Source: Heptranchias perlo (taxonomy: Eukaryota). Taken from it: DNA of 64,000 bases. The stretch covers positions 30,690,001 to 30,754,000 of the forward strand of contig NC_090352.1 of NCBI RefSeq assembly GCF_035084215.1, in the 5' to 3' direction. The notes beneath the pieces are model-generated. The model had not been told where the DNA came from. It ran no database searches and saw only the letters and a program-made list of their open reading frames with translations. This document shows positions 1 through 12,945 of the stretch, in pieces; position 1 is the stretch's first letter, and each line of letters starts with the position of its first letter. Made by a program: the position numbers and the translations under genes.

Positions 1-3000
1 CTGATACTTGGTGGAGAGTACACCGGACGGCTTGCACCTCAACAGATCCGGGACTAATATCCTTGCAGGGGGGTTTTGCTACTGATGTTGGGGAGGGTTT
101 AAACGAGAGTGGCAGGGGGATGGGAACCTGAGTGGGGAGTCAGAAGGGAGTAAAGTTGAAAGCAGCAAGAGAGGGGAAGACCCAGGGGAAATTTACAGTA
201 CAAATAGTAGTTCAAGAACAAGTGAAAGGGAAAAGCGTAGAGCAGCAGAAAGAAAGTGTACTTTGGGCACTACAGATAAAGTGAAAACTAGAAGGCGTAA
301 GGCGATTAACCCAGCATCAAAGCTGAAGGTCAGGCTAGGGTGTGTGGCCCAACTAAGAGTTCTATATACAAATGCACGGAGTATAAGGAATAAATTAAAT
401 GAATTACAGGCACAAATTGGAGGGTATGACATGATAGCTATTACAGACACATGGCTGCAGGATGGTCAGGATTGGGAACTAATTATACCGGGTTATAAGG
501 TCTACAGGAGAGATAGGGAAAATGGAAGTGGAGGAGTAGCCTTAATGATTAGAGATGAAATCACTTCAATGATAAAGGAGGATATAACGAGAGGTAAGCA
601 GCCAACAGAGACCTTAAGGGTTGAATTGAGAAATAGGAAAGGATCTAAGACTATAGTGGGAGTCGTGTATAGGACCCCTGGCAGCAGCTCTGAAGTGCTA
701 GATTATATAAATGCTGAGATTAGACAAGCGTGTAACAAAAGCATAGTGGTCTTAATGGGGGACTTTAACCTTCACATAGATTGGGAAAAGCAGACTAGCA
801 TCTGTCAGAAAGGTAGTGAATTTCTTGAGTGTGTCCAGGATAGTTTTCTACAGCAGTATGTCCTAGAGGCAACAAGGGGGCAAGCCATACTAGATTTAGT
901 AATGAGTAATGAACCAGATTTAGTTAACGGCTTAACTGTGCGTGAACATCTATCCAATAGTGATCATAACATGATCGAGTTCAAGATAGTGTTTGAAAGG
1001 GAAAAAAGTGAATCAGCTGCTAAGATTCTAGACTTGGGTACGACTGACTTCAATGGGATAAGACAGAGACTGTCCGCAGTAAACTGGGCAAATCTGTTGA
1101 TGGGTAAAACGACTGATGATCAGTGGGAAATGTTTAAAGAAACATTTAACGTGATACAGAACCGGTTTATACCCCTGAGGGGCAAAAACTCTACTTGCCA
1201 AAAAAAACAGCCATGGACAACAAAAGAGGTAAGGGACAGTATAAGACATAAGGAAAGGACATACAAAAAGGCAAAAAATGGCACAGATCCTGGTGAATGG
1301 GAAAGATACAAAGATCAACAAAGGGTCACAAAACAGATAGTAAGAGCTACAAAAAGAGAGTATGAAAAGAAACTTGCAAGGGATATCAAAACCAATACAA
1401 AGAACTTTTATAGTTATATTAGGGAAAAGAGGGTGGTCAGGAGCAGTGTTGGCCCCTTAAAAACTGAAAGTGGGGATATTGTCATTGACAATGGGGAAAT
1501 GGCGGACATGTTGTACAATTACTCTGCGTCAGTATTTACAGTAGAAAAAGAGGATAGCATGCCAGAAATCCCAAGAAAACTAATATTGAATCGGGGACAG
1601 GGACTCCATAAAATTAACATAAGTAAAACAGTAAGGAAGAAAATAATAGCTCTAAAGAGTGACAAATCCCCAGGACCAGATGGTTTCCATCCCAGGGTTT
1701 TAAAGGAAGTAGGTGAGCACATTGCAGATGCCCTAACTATAATCTTTCAACGTTCTCTAGATTCAGGAACCATTCCTCTAGATTGGAAAATTGCACATGT
1801 CACTCTGCTTTTTAAGAAAGGAGAGAGAGGGAAACCGGGGAATTATAGACCAGTTAGCCTAACATCTGTTGTGGGGAAAATGCTGGAGTTTATAATTAAG
1901 GATAGGGTGACTGAACACCGCGAAAATTTTCAGTTAATCAGAGAGAGCCAGCATGGATTTGTGAAAGGTAGGTCGTGCCTGACAAACCTGATTGAATTTT
2001 TTGATGAGGTGACTAAAGTAGTGGACAGGGGAATGTCAATGGATGTTATTTATATGGACTTCCAGAAGGCATTTGATAAAGTCCCACATAAGAGACTGTT
2101 AGCTAAGATAGAAGCCCATGGAATCAAGGGAAAAGTACGGACTTGGTTAGGAAGTTGGCTGAGCGAAAGGCGACAGAGAGTATGGATAATGGGTAGGTAC
2201 TCACATTGGCAGGATGTGACTAGTGGAGTCCTGCAGGGATCTGTCTTGGGGCCTCAATTATTCACAATATTTATTAACGACTTAGATGAAGGCATAGAAA
2301 GTCTCATATCTAAGTTTGCCGATGACACAAAGATAGGTGGCATTATAAGCAGTGTAGATGAAAACATAAAATTACAAAGGGATATTGATAGATTAGGTGA
2401 ATGGGCAAAACTGTGGCAAATGGAATTCAATGTAGGCAAATATGAGGTCATCCACTTTGGACCAAAATAGGACAGAACCGAGTACTTTCTAAATGGTAAA
2501 AAGTTAAAAACAGTGGATGTCCAAAGGGACTTAGGGGTTCAGGTACATAGATCATTGAAGTGTCATGAACAGGTGCAGAAAATAATCAAGAAGGCTAACG
2601 GAATGCTGGCCTTTATATCTAGAGGACTGGAGTACAAGGGGGCAGAAGTTATGCTGCAGCTATACAAAACCCTGGTTAGACTGCACCTGGAGTACTGTGA
2701 GCAGTTCTGGGCACCGCACCTTCGGAAGGACATACTGGCCTTGGGGGGAGTGCAGCGTAGGTTTACTAGAATGATACCCGGACTTCAAGGGTTAAGTCAC
2801 GAGGAGAGATTATACAAATTGGGATTGTATTCTCTGGAGTTTAGAAGGTTAAGGGGTGATCTGATCGAAGTTTATAAGCTATTAAGGGGAACGGATAGGG
2901 TGGATAGAGAGAAACTATTTCCACTGGTTGGGGATTCTAGGAGTAGGGGGCACAGTCTAAAAATTAGAGACAGACTAGAAAACACTTCTACACACAAAAG

Positions 3001-3218
3001 GGTGGTAGAAGTTTGGAACTCTCTTCCGCAAACGGCAAATGATGCTAGCTCAATTGCTAATTTTAATTCTGAGGTAGATAGCTTTTTGGCAATCAAAAGG
3101 TATTAAGGGATATGGGCCAAAGGCAGGTATATGAAGTTAGATCACAGATCAGCCATGATCTCATCAAATGGCGGAGCGGGCTCGAGGGGCTGAATGGCCT
3201 ACTCCTGTTCCTATGTAC
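1..3218 (+). mobile_element. CR1 LINE, nearly intact ORF2 plus 3' end of ORF1
   Basis: From 26 the sequence reads DGLHLNRSGTNILAG (SGNH-esterase-type ORF1 tail). ORF2 has APE motifs (YTNARS, VYR, MGDFN, SDHN) and RT motifs (QHGF, GVLQGSVLGP, FADD). CR1 3' UTR ends ggcctactcctgttcctatg at about 3217. Confidence 0.96.
263..3106 (+). pseudogene. CR1 ORF2 (endonuclease-reverse transcriptase) with an in-frame stop
   Basis: ORFs 263..2470 and 2513..3106 are in the same frame, separated by TAG at 2468-2470. Small deletion near 2970. Confidence 0.93.
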
Positions 3219-4637
3219 ACAGAGCATAGTCCACCCAACTGAGTCCTAAAATGCTCTGGGGTCCTAATGACGTCTTGAGATAAAGTAGCTGCGTGCTCGT
3301 TTCAGGCAGCCAGCTGTGCTGCCTATTCCGAAGATCCCGGCAAAATGTGGACAACAAGAACAAGGTGAGAGTTTCCCATCCCCCCCATGATTTTCGTGGT
3401 GCAACCATCCAGTCTACACTGAGCAGGAGGCCTCAAGATCTCCCTCCACATTTGATCTTCCTCCAACTCCCATGTGCATTGGGAGATCAATTGTTCATAA
3501 TTCACATTTCAAAGGAGTTTCCCATTTAGTTGATACAGAACACTGGGCCATGCAGATAACGGAACATAATTAGAGGAACTAGATGTCGTTCTTTGGGCCA
3601 ATTCCCTGCAGCTCCCATGGTTCAATTCTTTCTCTGCCGCAAACCGTCGCGGAAACAGAGTCCCTAAATTCTTTTTAAAAGCAGCTAAGTGGTTGCGTGA
3701 ATAAAATGAATAGTCAAGGACGTCCTGTGGCATTGCCCACAGCCAAAGTGAACTTCCCTCAGAGTACAACTGATGCTGTAGTTATCGGGATCCTGCAGCT
3801 TATCAAGCTCCAGCTAGTGGTGGAAATGTACAGCTGCAGATGTGACCATGTGACAGGTGGCTTTACAATGGAAAAAACCTATTAAGATGCCACCTCAAGG
3901 CATGACAATGCTGATGCCAAAATAACAAATGCGTGACATACGTAGCAAATTTAATATATTATAGATGGGGAACAATCGGGAGGGTGAGATTGGACTAGGT
4001 GGCTTACATGAAGAAAAATATCCACGCAAACTTGATTGGCCAAACGGCCTGTTTCTATGTCGTAACATTCTGCGATTCTATGTAATAATGGAAGGCATCC
4101 CAAACTCAACAAAGGAGGTTCAAAACATTTGGTGGGAAGGGAGGGGGTGGGGAAAGAGAGTGAGATCCTTTCCATAACTTCAGGTTGTCTTATATAAAAA
4201 TAAGACAATTTTCTGAATTTGAGAAATTCCAGACCTTTTAATTCTTACATGATGCTGGAACAAACCTTAGTTCACATATACACACTCAAAATAATATCTA
4301 TGATGAATAACACACTTTAGTTGGTGCCAGCTTTCATTTCCATTTATAAAAAGGAAATGTTAAGTAAAAACAGATTTGTTTGAAAGAGGAGATTTTCCAC
4401 CTACAGTGAAGCCTCGAATATCCAGTAACATGAAGGGTGCAGTTTTGCTGGAGAATGAAAAGTGATGGTTAATTAAGAGTCCCAAAATTTTGATCCTACA
4501 CGCACTGTACAGCAATACCTAGGCATGTGAATGAAAACAAGTACCTCACAAATAACAAAAAAACATTTATGACCTGTTGAATGACTTGATTTTTTCCTGC
4601 AAGGCTTTGTCCTATGAAAATTCTAGTGGATAATAAT

Positions 4638-5100
4638 GTCAGCCGTGGCTCAGTGGAAACACGCTTACTTCTGAGTCAGAAGGTTGTGGGTTCAAGACTC
4701 ACTCCAGAGACTTGAGCACAAAATCTAGGCTGATATTGCAGTGCAGACTTGAGGGAGTGCTGCATTGTCAGATGTGCTGTCTTTTGGCTGGAATGTTAAA
4801 CAGAGGCCCCGCATTAAACTCTGAGGTGGATGTAAAAAAACGATGGCACTATTTCTTAGAAGATCAGGGGAGTTTTCCCCGGTGTCCTGGTCAATATTTA
4901 TCCCTCAACCAACATCACTAAAACAGATTATCTGGACATTATCACATTACTGTTCGTGGGACCTTGCTGTGCACAGATTGGCTGCCACATTTCCTGCATT
5001 ACAACAGTGACTTCACTTCAAATGTATTTCATTGGCTATAGAGGATTTGGGACATCCTGAGGTTGTGAAAGGTGCTATATAAATGCAATTCATTCTCTTC
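4638..5100 (+). mobile_element. tRNA-headed Deu-domain SINE (SacSINE1-like), full length
   Basis: A-box-like gtggctcagtgg and B-box-like gggttcaagact. Central atggcactattt...ggggagttttccccggtgtcctggtcaatattt. L2-like tail gaaaggtgctatataaatgcaa. Several copies in the window. Confidence 0.8.
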
Positions 5101-6154
5101 TTTCTTTTATAATCAGGAAGGCAGAAACTGGAGGTTGCCCTGTATTATGAAAGGTTAAGGACAACTCAGAAAAGGTGGAAGGTTGAATGATTTGCCTTTA
5201 TTTCATATTCAGTCTGAACACGCACAGTAAATGAAATCAGTGCATTCCCATTCAATCAGTGGCTGGCGTCAGCAACATACTGCAAAAAACAGATATTATT
5301 GAACTTCCTGCAAATCAAATATTGCACCACAAACACAACCTTGCTTTACCAGTCTACCTATCTTAATGTAGACTAATCTAGTCATGTCTCTTATCATTTA
5401 ATCCTTCTGCACATATAAATGCCAATGTTTAAGATGACATTATCATATAAAAATGGTGTAATTTTATGTTTAAGTAGCTAAAAATTGCCTTTTAGTGTAC
5501 AAGCCAGAGTTAATGGGCTGAACTTTCAGTATTTGTAATGTGTAATGCCTTTAACCTACTGTTTATATCTTAAGTGTCTTATAGGAAAGCTACCAAGAAG
5601 TCAATTAGGGCCAAGAGAATGAAATGCAATTAGATTCTGCCCTCAGTAATTTGGGGAACACACAGTGTACACTGGGAAAAAAGATGACCATTTGCTCAAA
5701 CCTTGGCTCCAATATCTGAGAATATCACTGGCCGTGTTGGTAATGCAAGAGTGGTTTTCATTTTTCTAACATCTCAGGTACAGCAGGCATCTAAATAGTG
5801 GATTTAAAAAAAAAAAATTTCAAGTACTAAGAAAGCTAAATGAAGGGCCAAGACCCACAGTGCATACATACACTGATGGTGTATAGAATAGGAGAGAATG
5901 AGCTTGGATTTTAGAAACCTGCAGATTATCGGAGGACGGGATGACAAAGGAAGGTGAAAAGTTCCACAGTTTTGAGGTACAAGGGAAAGAATAAGAGTAG
6001 GATATAATGAGATAGTGAAATGAGTCACGATTTCAACAGTGAGATGCGTGGAAGAGAAAGAATATGTGGGATAGTGTATCTGGAGTTCAGAAAAAACAAT
6101 GACAATAGTAATGCTGATAAAATGGAGAATGCCAGGTAACCACCACAGAGGAAT

Positions 6155-6290
6155 TTTTCTGACGAAAGGTCATCAACCTGAAACGTTAACTCTGCTTCTT
6201 TCTCCACAGATGCTGCCTGACTTGCTGAGTATTTCCAGCATTTTCTGTTTTTATTTCAGATTTCCAGCATTCGTAGCATTTTGCTTTTCA
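6155..6290 (+). mobile_element. Penelope-like terminal repeat fragment with minimal hammerhead core
   Basis: ctgacga-a-aggt-catca-acct-gaaac-gtt at 6159-6187, followed by sequence nearly identical to the right arm at 43841-43937. Confidence 0.7.
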
Positions 6291-7004
6291 CAAAGGATTT
6301 TTTTTCTCCTTGTGCTATGTGTGAAGACATCTTGATTAACAGGTTTACAATTTTGGTACACATAATACACCGAGGTAAACTTCCCCCCTTGTTAAAGATA
6401 CACAGCTCCCATATGATACAAGTACAATGCCTGTAGCAATTACAGATCTTACATAGCAGCACAATGTGTGTACACTGGTCGATCTCCCATGGAGAGGGTC
6501 ATCTTTAGGTGAAGCAAGGTTCGAGGGCAGGACATAATTCAACCAGGAGCAGAAGTCATTATTTTTATATATAATACTTAGATTTTTAAAAATTATTATT
6601 TATAATGAAATAGCAAAGCTTATAATTTGGAAAGCAGAGTTGGTTGGAGCGTAGGGGTTTCTCTGCAGTACAGGCTGAAGCACTGGGAGACACAAAACTG
6701 AGGCCCTACAGCACCAAACTGGTGGGAAGGATGTGAATAAAGTGTGACACATCTACACAGGCAGTTTCCATTGTAAATGTGGACATAGAAATTTATAATG
6801 GAAGTTCACAAAGACACAAGCTATATATGTATTTTTTTTTTAAGTGGTGCATATTGCATGCACTTCCTGTGTCACTCTTAGTTTCATTAATACTTCATAA
6901 TACTTTGTTGATAACACTCCTACTGTTATAAAATAGAGTATCTTCTGACTCCGCATGAGCAATGCCACAGGAGATCTGCTTAAAACCTTTACATTACACA
7001 CACA

Positions 7005-7006
<2 letters not shown>

Positions 7007-7039
<33 letters not shown>
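7007..7039. repeat. (GT)n microsatellite
   Basis: About 16 GT units. Confidence 0.95.
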
Positions 7040-7042
<3 letters not shown>

Positions 7043-10002
7043 ATATCATTAAGTTTCTCTACAGTTCTCCCAGTCTTTTCCAGCTGTATGAACCCCCCAC
7101 CCCCAGCTCTGTCTGGTAACAATCAAAAAACAAAATTACCTCAATTGTCCAGGACCAGTGAGTTATGTGACAGGAACACAATTGAAAGTACAGAACACTG
7201 TTCACTGTTACATATCTATATATCAGGGTAAAACTGGACATTTACACCCTTTGCACTGAACGACATATTTTTTTTATGTAACAGGTCAGTGCCCATAAGC
7301 TACAGTGCTGATTCACCCAGTGACATATTCAATGGCACAAAGTGCCATCTAGTGCCAGTCAATAAGGAGTTCCCAAATCCCATACTGTTGTGTTGAGCAA
7401 TAGGGATCACAACGGGGTGTAAGAGTACAACTGCCATACTGAATAACAGAAAACCATTTCGAACCAGCATGGAGGAATAACTTAAGATCAATCAGTGGTC
7501 AGATTTGTATATTGACCCCCAGACATAAATAACCATGCTTGTTCCCATGTGTACATCATTAATCTATGGAGAGGGTTTCCTCCTGGTGAGCAGAGAAGGT
7601 GCTCCACTAAATATTAAATAACATTTTCATGCTGCCGTCTCGGTCAGTTCACCAACGCTGCCTCTCACCCTCCTCCTCGTGGCACAACACAAACGAAAAT
7701 GAGACCAGCTTATGACCTAAAATTTGCATCATGACAATGTGCCTTTGCATTTTGTAACTTTGCCTTTGCATTCCAAGATGCAAACTACAAATAAGATTTA
7801 CTTTACGTCTTGTCCTTTGTAATAACAGAAAAGTCCAGAAAATGAAATGGGGATTATATTAACCCCAAGAGTTAAGCTCTGGTCAACCATTTAGACAACA
7901 TGGGAGAATATTTCCTAGATGTGGCAAAATTGTAAAGATATTCCTCATCAACGGGTGCATATAGCACACAGGAAATCTTCTTTCCTTGATCTACTATTTT
8001 TGACATAATCCCAGCCTTTCTTGCTTAAAACCCTCATTAATATCACCCACTCTCTTTGGTAGAGTGAAGTCTATCTCATGAGGGTCCTGTGTGGATCCAG
8101 CTCTTACATAAATTAAAACCTGCAATGCATTTGATGATGAAATATGTATTCCTTTTCTATCAGGATATTAAATACAGCAGGCAGCACTAAACCAAATGTC
8201 AGCAGTGAAAAATATATCTAGTCCAATGTAATGACTCCACAAGGAGAAATCACTGAGCTGTACCAAACCGGGCTTTAAGTCAGTACCTAATAATATGTTG
8301 ACACTTCAGTCAATATTTAATGCAATCTTAATATTAATTTAACTGTATTCAAATGTAATGAAAATTATATCAAATGTAAATTATAAATGTAATGTTATAG
8401 ACATGGTTGTGGTATCTATAGAAATGACATTTCACTTATCATAGAGTTTAACTATTTAGATGTTGGGCTCATAAACAACACAGGCAAGAGTTTCAATATA
8501 AGCAATAGACCAGAATTCATGAATCGCTCTGAAAACAATACAGTCACACTTTAGTCAGATATTGGTAGTTACTATATTATTTTGAATCAAATCAATATAT
8601 TGGGACTCATGAGAAGCATTGACCCATTTATGTAATTTAACACTGCCCCCATGTGCTGTGTTGAGCAGCTCCAGAACTTTATTTTCATGTGGATTTATAA
8701 AATGGAAAGGAAAAAAAAATCCTCTTAACTAAATGTTGGACTGATCCAAGTACAGAAACAGCTGTGGGGCTTAGAAAATAAACCCACCTTTCCCTCCAAG
8801 TCACATCTGCAAATCTGTTCATTTCATTGAACAGCCGTTAGAATCAGTAAAACCACACAGATCTACGGATCACGTCTTTCTGGTCTCGGCTTAAAGAATT
8901 AGCAATGGTTTTTTCATTTCAGCTGCTCGATATGGACAAGGGAACCACAGCCCTCAAATAGTTAAACACCTGGCCAGTGATTCCTTAAATACTTCTCTCT
9001 CTGTTTAAATAATGGACAAGTGAAATGACTCAAATTCCGTTTGCTTTTCTGTCACTTCAATAATTGACCAACATAATCAAAAGGAGGAGAACTCCCCACC
9101 ATTAGATGCAGTGCTAATGTGACCTCATTTAAAACCATAAAGAGCAGTGGCTGGAACAGTCAACACTGAAACATAACTTAACAACATGGCAGGTTATCAA
9201 TCATCCTTCATTTAATTCAACGCAGGTGCCCAGCCATCAAAAGGCAGAAAATAAATGAATAAAAAACTGAAAGCCTCACTCACCATTTAACAAGTTCCCA
9301 TTTTGTTTCTCCTGCTTGTTTTTTGCTTGCCATAATTCAGAGTAGTTTTCTCACTCGGATGGGATTGCCTACATCTGCAGAACAATGAGTCTAAACAGCC
9401 TGGTCTAAGCACCCCAGCCTGCAGCACAGGGTAAATCTCCATCAGATTAGCTAGCTGCACAAAGACTCTTGTCAGTTTCTCCTCTGGTCCTACTGGAAGA
9501 TTAGAACAGGAAACTGACTGGGTTGTACCAACGTAACTTTGTTCCTTTCCTATAGGCAACAAAAAAATAAGGACCCAAGACAAACCAAGCACTGCTGGCA
9601 TAGCTCAGAGGCTGCTGGAGGCAGTGTTCACCTTTTTAGAAACTCTTCCTGCTGCAATGCCATAATTCCGGCTTTTCAATGCTGCAAAGAAGCTAACTGT
9701 CCGGTGAAAGTGGTACGGGCCGACTTCTACCTATTGCAAAAAATGCTCAGATAATCCGAAGTTGTAATCAAAGACCATCTCTCCAGAGGCCGAGGGCAAT
9801 GAAACACTTGGACATTCTATGAAATAGCTAAACTCTACAGTCCTGATTTTAAGACAGTTTTTTTGAGAATTGCATATTAGCCAGTCAAAGATCAATTTGC
9901 TAAATTTTTTTTGGCCGAACAAAAAAAAAGCAGCAGTTTGCAGAAAACCGCAATTTAGCAATTCAGCGAAAAGCCTCAAAGGCCCATCAGGAGTCCCAAG
10001 TT

Positions 10003-10462
10003 ATAGAAGCACAGAATGATACAGCACAGAAGGAGGCCATTTGGCCCATCGTGCCTGCGCCGGCTTTTTGAAAGAGCTATCCAATTAGACCCTTTCCCCA
10101 TAGCCCTGCAAATTTTTCCCCTTTCATATATTTATCCAATTCCCCTTTGAAAGTTATTATTGAATCTGCTTCCACCATCCTTTCAGGCAGCGCATTCCAG
10201 ATCATAACAATTCGCTGCCTTAAAAAAATTTCTCCTCATCTCCGCTCTGGTTCTTTTGCCAATCACCTTAAATCTGTGTCCTCTGGTTAGCAACTCTTCT
10301 GCCACTGGAAACAGTTTCTTCTTATTTACCCCATCAAAACCATTCATGATTTTGAACACCTCTATTAAATCTCCCCATAACCTTCACTGTTCTAAGAAGA
10401 ACAACCCCAGCTTCTCTCGTCTCTCCATGTAACTGAAGTCTCACATCCCTGAGACCATTCAA
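10003..10462 (-). mobile_element. CR1 3' fragment
   Basis: Matches the 3' end of the CR1 at 57350-58545 (cagcacagaaggaggccatt...gaaagagctatccaattag). Shorter copies near 14830-15060, 24805-25085, 45240-45360 (-) and 53790-53935 (+). Confidence 0.85.
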
Positions 10463-11074
10463 GTTCTGCTTGAATTGGAGAATTTGGGCTCTACCTTTGT
10501 TTGGGATTTGGGTTCAGGATTCTAACAATTTGGATTTTCCCTATTGGCTAATCTGACCAATTGCCAGAGAACATGGCCATTTCCTTCACTGTAGCATTAG
10601 GAAAAACAGACAGGTGCTTGATACGATACCTGCATGATAGTCCCTCCTGCCTGCATGACCAATAGATCCATCAATACAGCAGGGATAACAGACACAAGGA
10701 ATCAGGCATGCCCCCATAATTGCCCAGTATTGCTGGCAGTGGGTGAGGGCCTCCACCATTTGGAAAACCAATGAGTGGATGAGAAACCACGAGGGTCCCT
10801 GAAAAGGAATGGGAATTTGTGTTGCAAGATAGTGAAATGCACTCTGTGTTTGTGAGTCTTGAAGTATTTTTTGATTGATTGCTTTGTAGTCAATGTGATA
10901 TTTGATGCAATCAGCATGTTTTGCCCCCTTTAGACACACATCAGATGTCAAACTTTTATTCGTATTGATAAAGGGACCTATGTGAGAATTTGGATCGTCA
11001 AGAATGAAACTGAAATCAATCAAATTGGGTCACTTTGGATTCAGAGTTCACTTCAGACCTCAAAGTTAGCAGGA

Positions 11075-11444
11075 TACTTGAATTAACTCATACATTAACC
11101 CTTTAAGCCCAGCACGAATATTGAATTAACTTATACGTTAACCCTTTAAGGCTATCACCAATATTGAATTAACTTATACATTAACCCTTTAAGGCTATCA
11201 CCAATATTGAATTAACTTATACATTAACCCTTTAAGGCTATCACCAATATTGAATTAACTTATACATTAACCCTTTAAGGCCATCACCAATATTGAATTA
11301 TCTCATACATTAACCCTTTAAGCCCAGCACTAATATTGAATTAACTCATATTAACCCTTTAAGCCCAGCACTAATATTGAATTAACTCATACATTAACCC
11401 TTTAAGGCCATCACCAATATTAAATTAACTCATACATTAACCCT
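11075..11444. repeat. 43-bp minisatellite, about 8.5 copies
   Basis: Unit atattgaattaacttatacattaaccctttaaggctatcacca with variants. Confidence 0.95.
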
Positions 11445-12144
11445 ACGTTTTGCAGCGAGACAAATAATTAAGGACTTTGACTTTGTCAGTGAAATCTCTT
11501 GTTTTATTTCAGTTGTTAGAATTAAAGCTTTGTAGGAAATCTTTGTGACTCCAACTCACTTACTTCACTTAGGTGAGAATTGCCTATCCTGGAAGGACAT
11601 TAGATGGAGAGCCATGCAGAATCACCTCAGGACTGGGAGAGAATAAAGAGAGGGTATACAGATGAGCTTACTTGACCATCAAAAAAAATTCTGTCATGGA
11701 AAAAGCCACAGTCCAAAGACTCCATCCTCCCAGTGGAGGATGGAACTGGTGGTGAACAGCACCATGCTGGAAAATGGGGCAGGATATTGTTATTTTAATT
11801 GATTTGGTTAATGTTACACATTAGAGAAAGGAATGAATGTAAACTGTGAAAATTAGAAGAAATAGTTCGAATTTTTAAACTCAATTTTTAAAAAATGCTC
11901 TTGAAAAGCAGACTGGGTAAAAGCTGAAGTAATTGGAACCATAATTGGGTGGCACTGAATGGAGATCAGATGGAAGGAAAACCAGAGATTTTCCTTAAAC
12001 TGCTTCCCTGCACCTCCCACAAAGTCAGTAGTAGAACAGCACTCGTAGAGGCATAGAAGCAGGCCAGACTCTCACTTGTCCGGTGTCTCAGTATGCTGCA
12101 GTAGTCACAAGCTGTAAATGATACACCTCCTGTATAAATGTTGT

Positions 12145-12211
12145 GGAGATGCCGGTGATGGACTGAGGTGGACAAATGTAAGGAATCTTACACCAGGTTA
12201 TAGTCCTTACA
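12145..12211 (+). mobile_element. Tiny Penelope-like terminal insertion with 14-bp TSD
   Basis: ggagatgccggtgatggactgaggtggacaaatgtaagg... flanked by tgtataaatgttgt at 12131-12144 and 12212-12225. Same family as 40327-40502. Confidence 0.75.
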
Positions 12212-12563
12212 TGTATAAATGTTGTCCATCTCCGATATAAATGGCCAGCAGCTTCTATATGTGTGATACACCACTCAAACTCCTACAATACCAAGAACTA
12301 AACATGCTGCACCTCAGAATGCTGAGATGCAAGTTCATGCATGTGATTACCCCATGCTCTGAATTGCTGCTGTGGAAAGGTGCTGAGGCAGATTTTTAAT
12401 GAAAAGTGGCAAGAGCTTAATTCAAAGAACCAGTGAACTGCATTACATTGGTAGAATACCTTGTTCTGTGGAATGGTTGACAATTTTCCAGAGGTCCAAG
12501 TTCCTGGCTGTGATCATACTACCAGGAAGAGGCATGAAGCAAAGACTAATATAGACCAGGAGC

Positions 12564-12945
12564 TTCCAGAGACTTGAGCACAAAATCTAGGCTGAGGGAG
12601 TACTGCACTGCCAGAGGTGCTGTCCTTCAGATGAGACGTTAAATCGAGGCCCCGTATGCCCTCTCAGGTGGACGTAAAAGATCCCACTGCACTATTTTGA
12701 AGAAGAGCAGGGGAGTTCTCCCCGGTGTCCTGGCCAATATTTATCCCTCAACCAACACCACTAAAACAGATTATCTGGTCATTATTTCATTGCTGTTGTG
12801 GGACCTTGCTGTGTGCAAATTAGCTGCCAGTTTTCCCTAAATTACAACAGTGACCACACCTCAAATATACTTCATTGGCTGAAAAGCGCTTTGGGACGTC
12901 CTGAGGTCATGAAGGGTGCAATATAAATGCAAGCTTTCTTTCTTT
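12564..12945 (+). mobile_element. Deu-domain SINE, 5'-truncated
   Basis: Colinear with 4705-5100. Confidence 0.85.

Noticed and set aside
4638-4710. tRNA gene
   Set aside because: A/B boxes continue into a SINE body and no cloverleaf is evident.
9287-11023. Short ORFs upstream of the NLR, including the 145-aa ORF
   Set aside because: No recognisable domains or consistent splice frame.
11075-11444. CRISPR-like repeat array
   Set aside because: No unique spacers; pure tandem repeat in a eukaryotic context.
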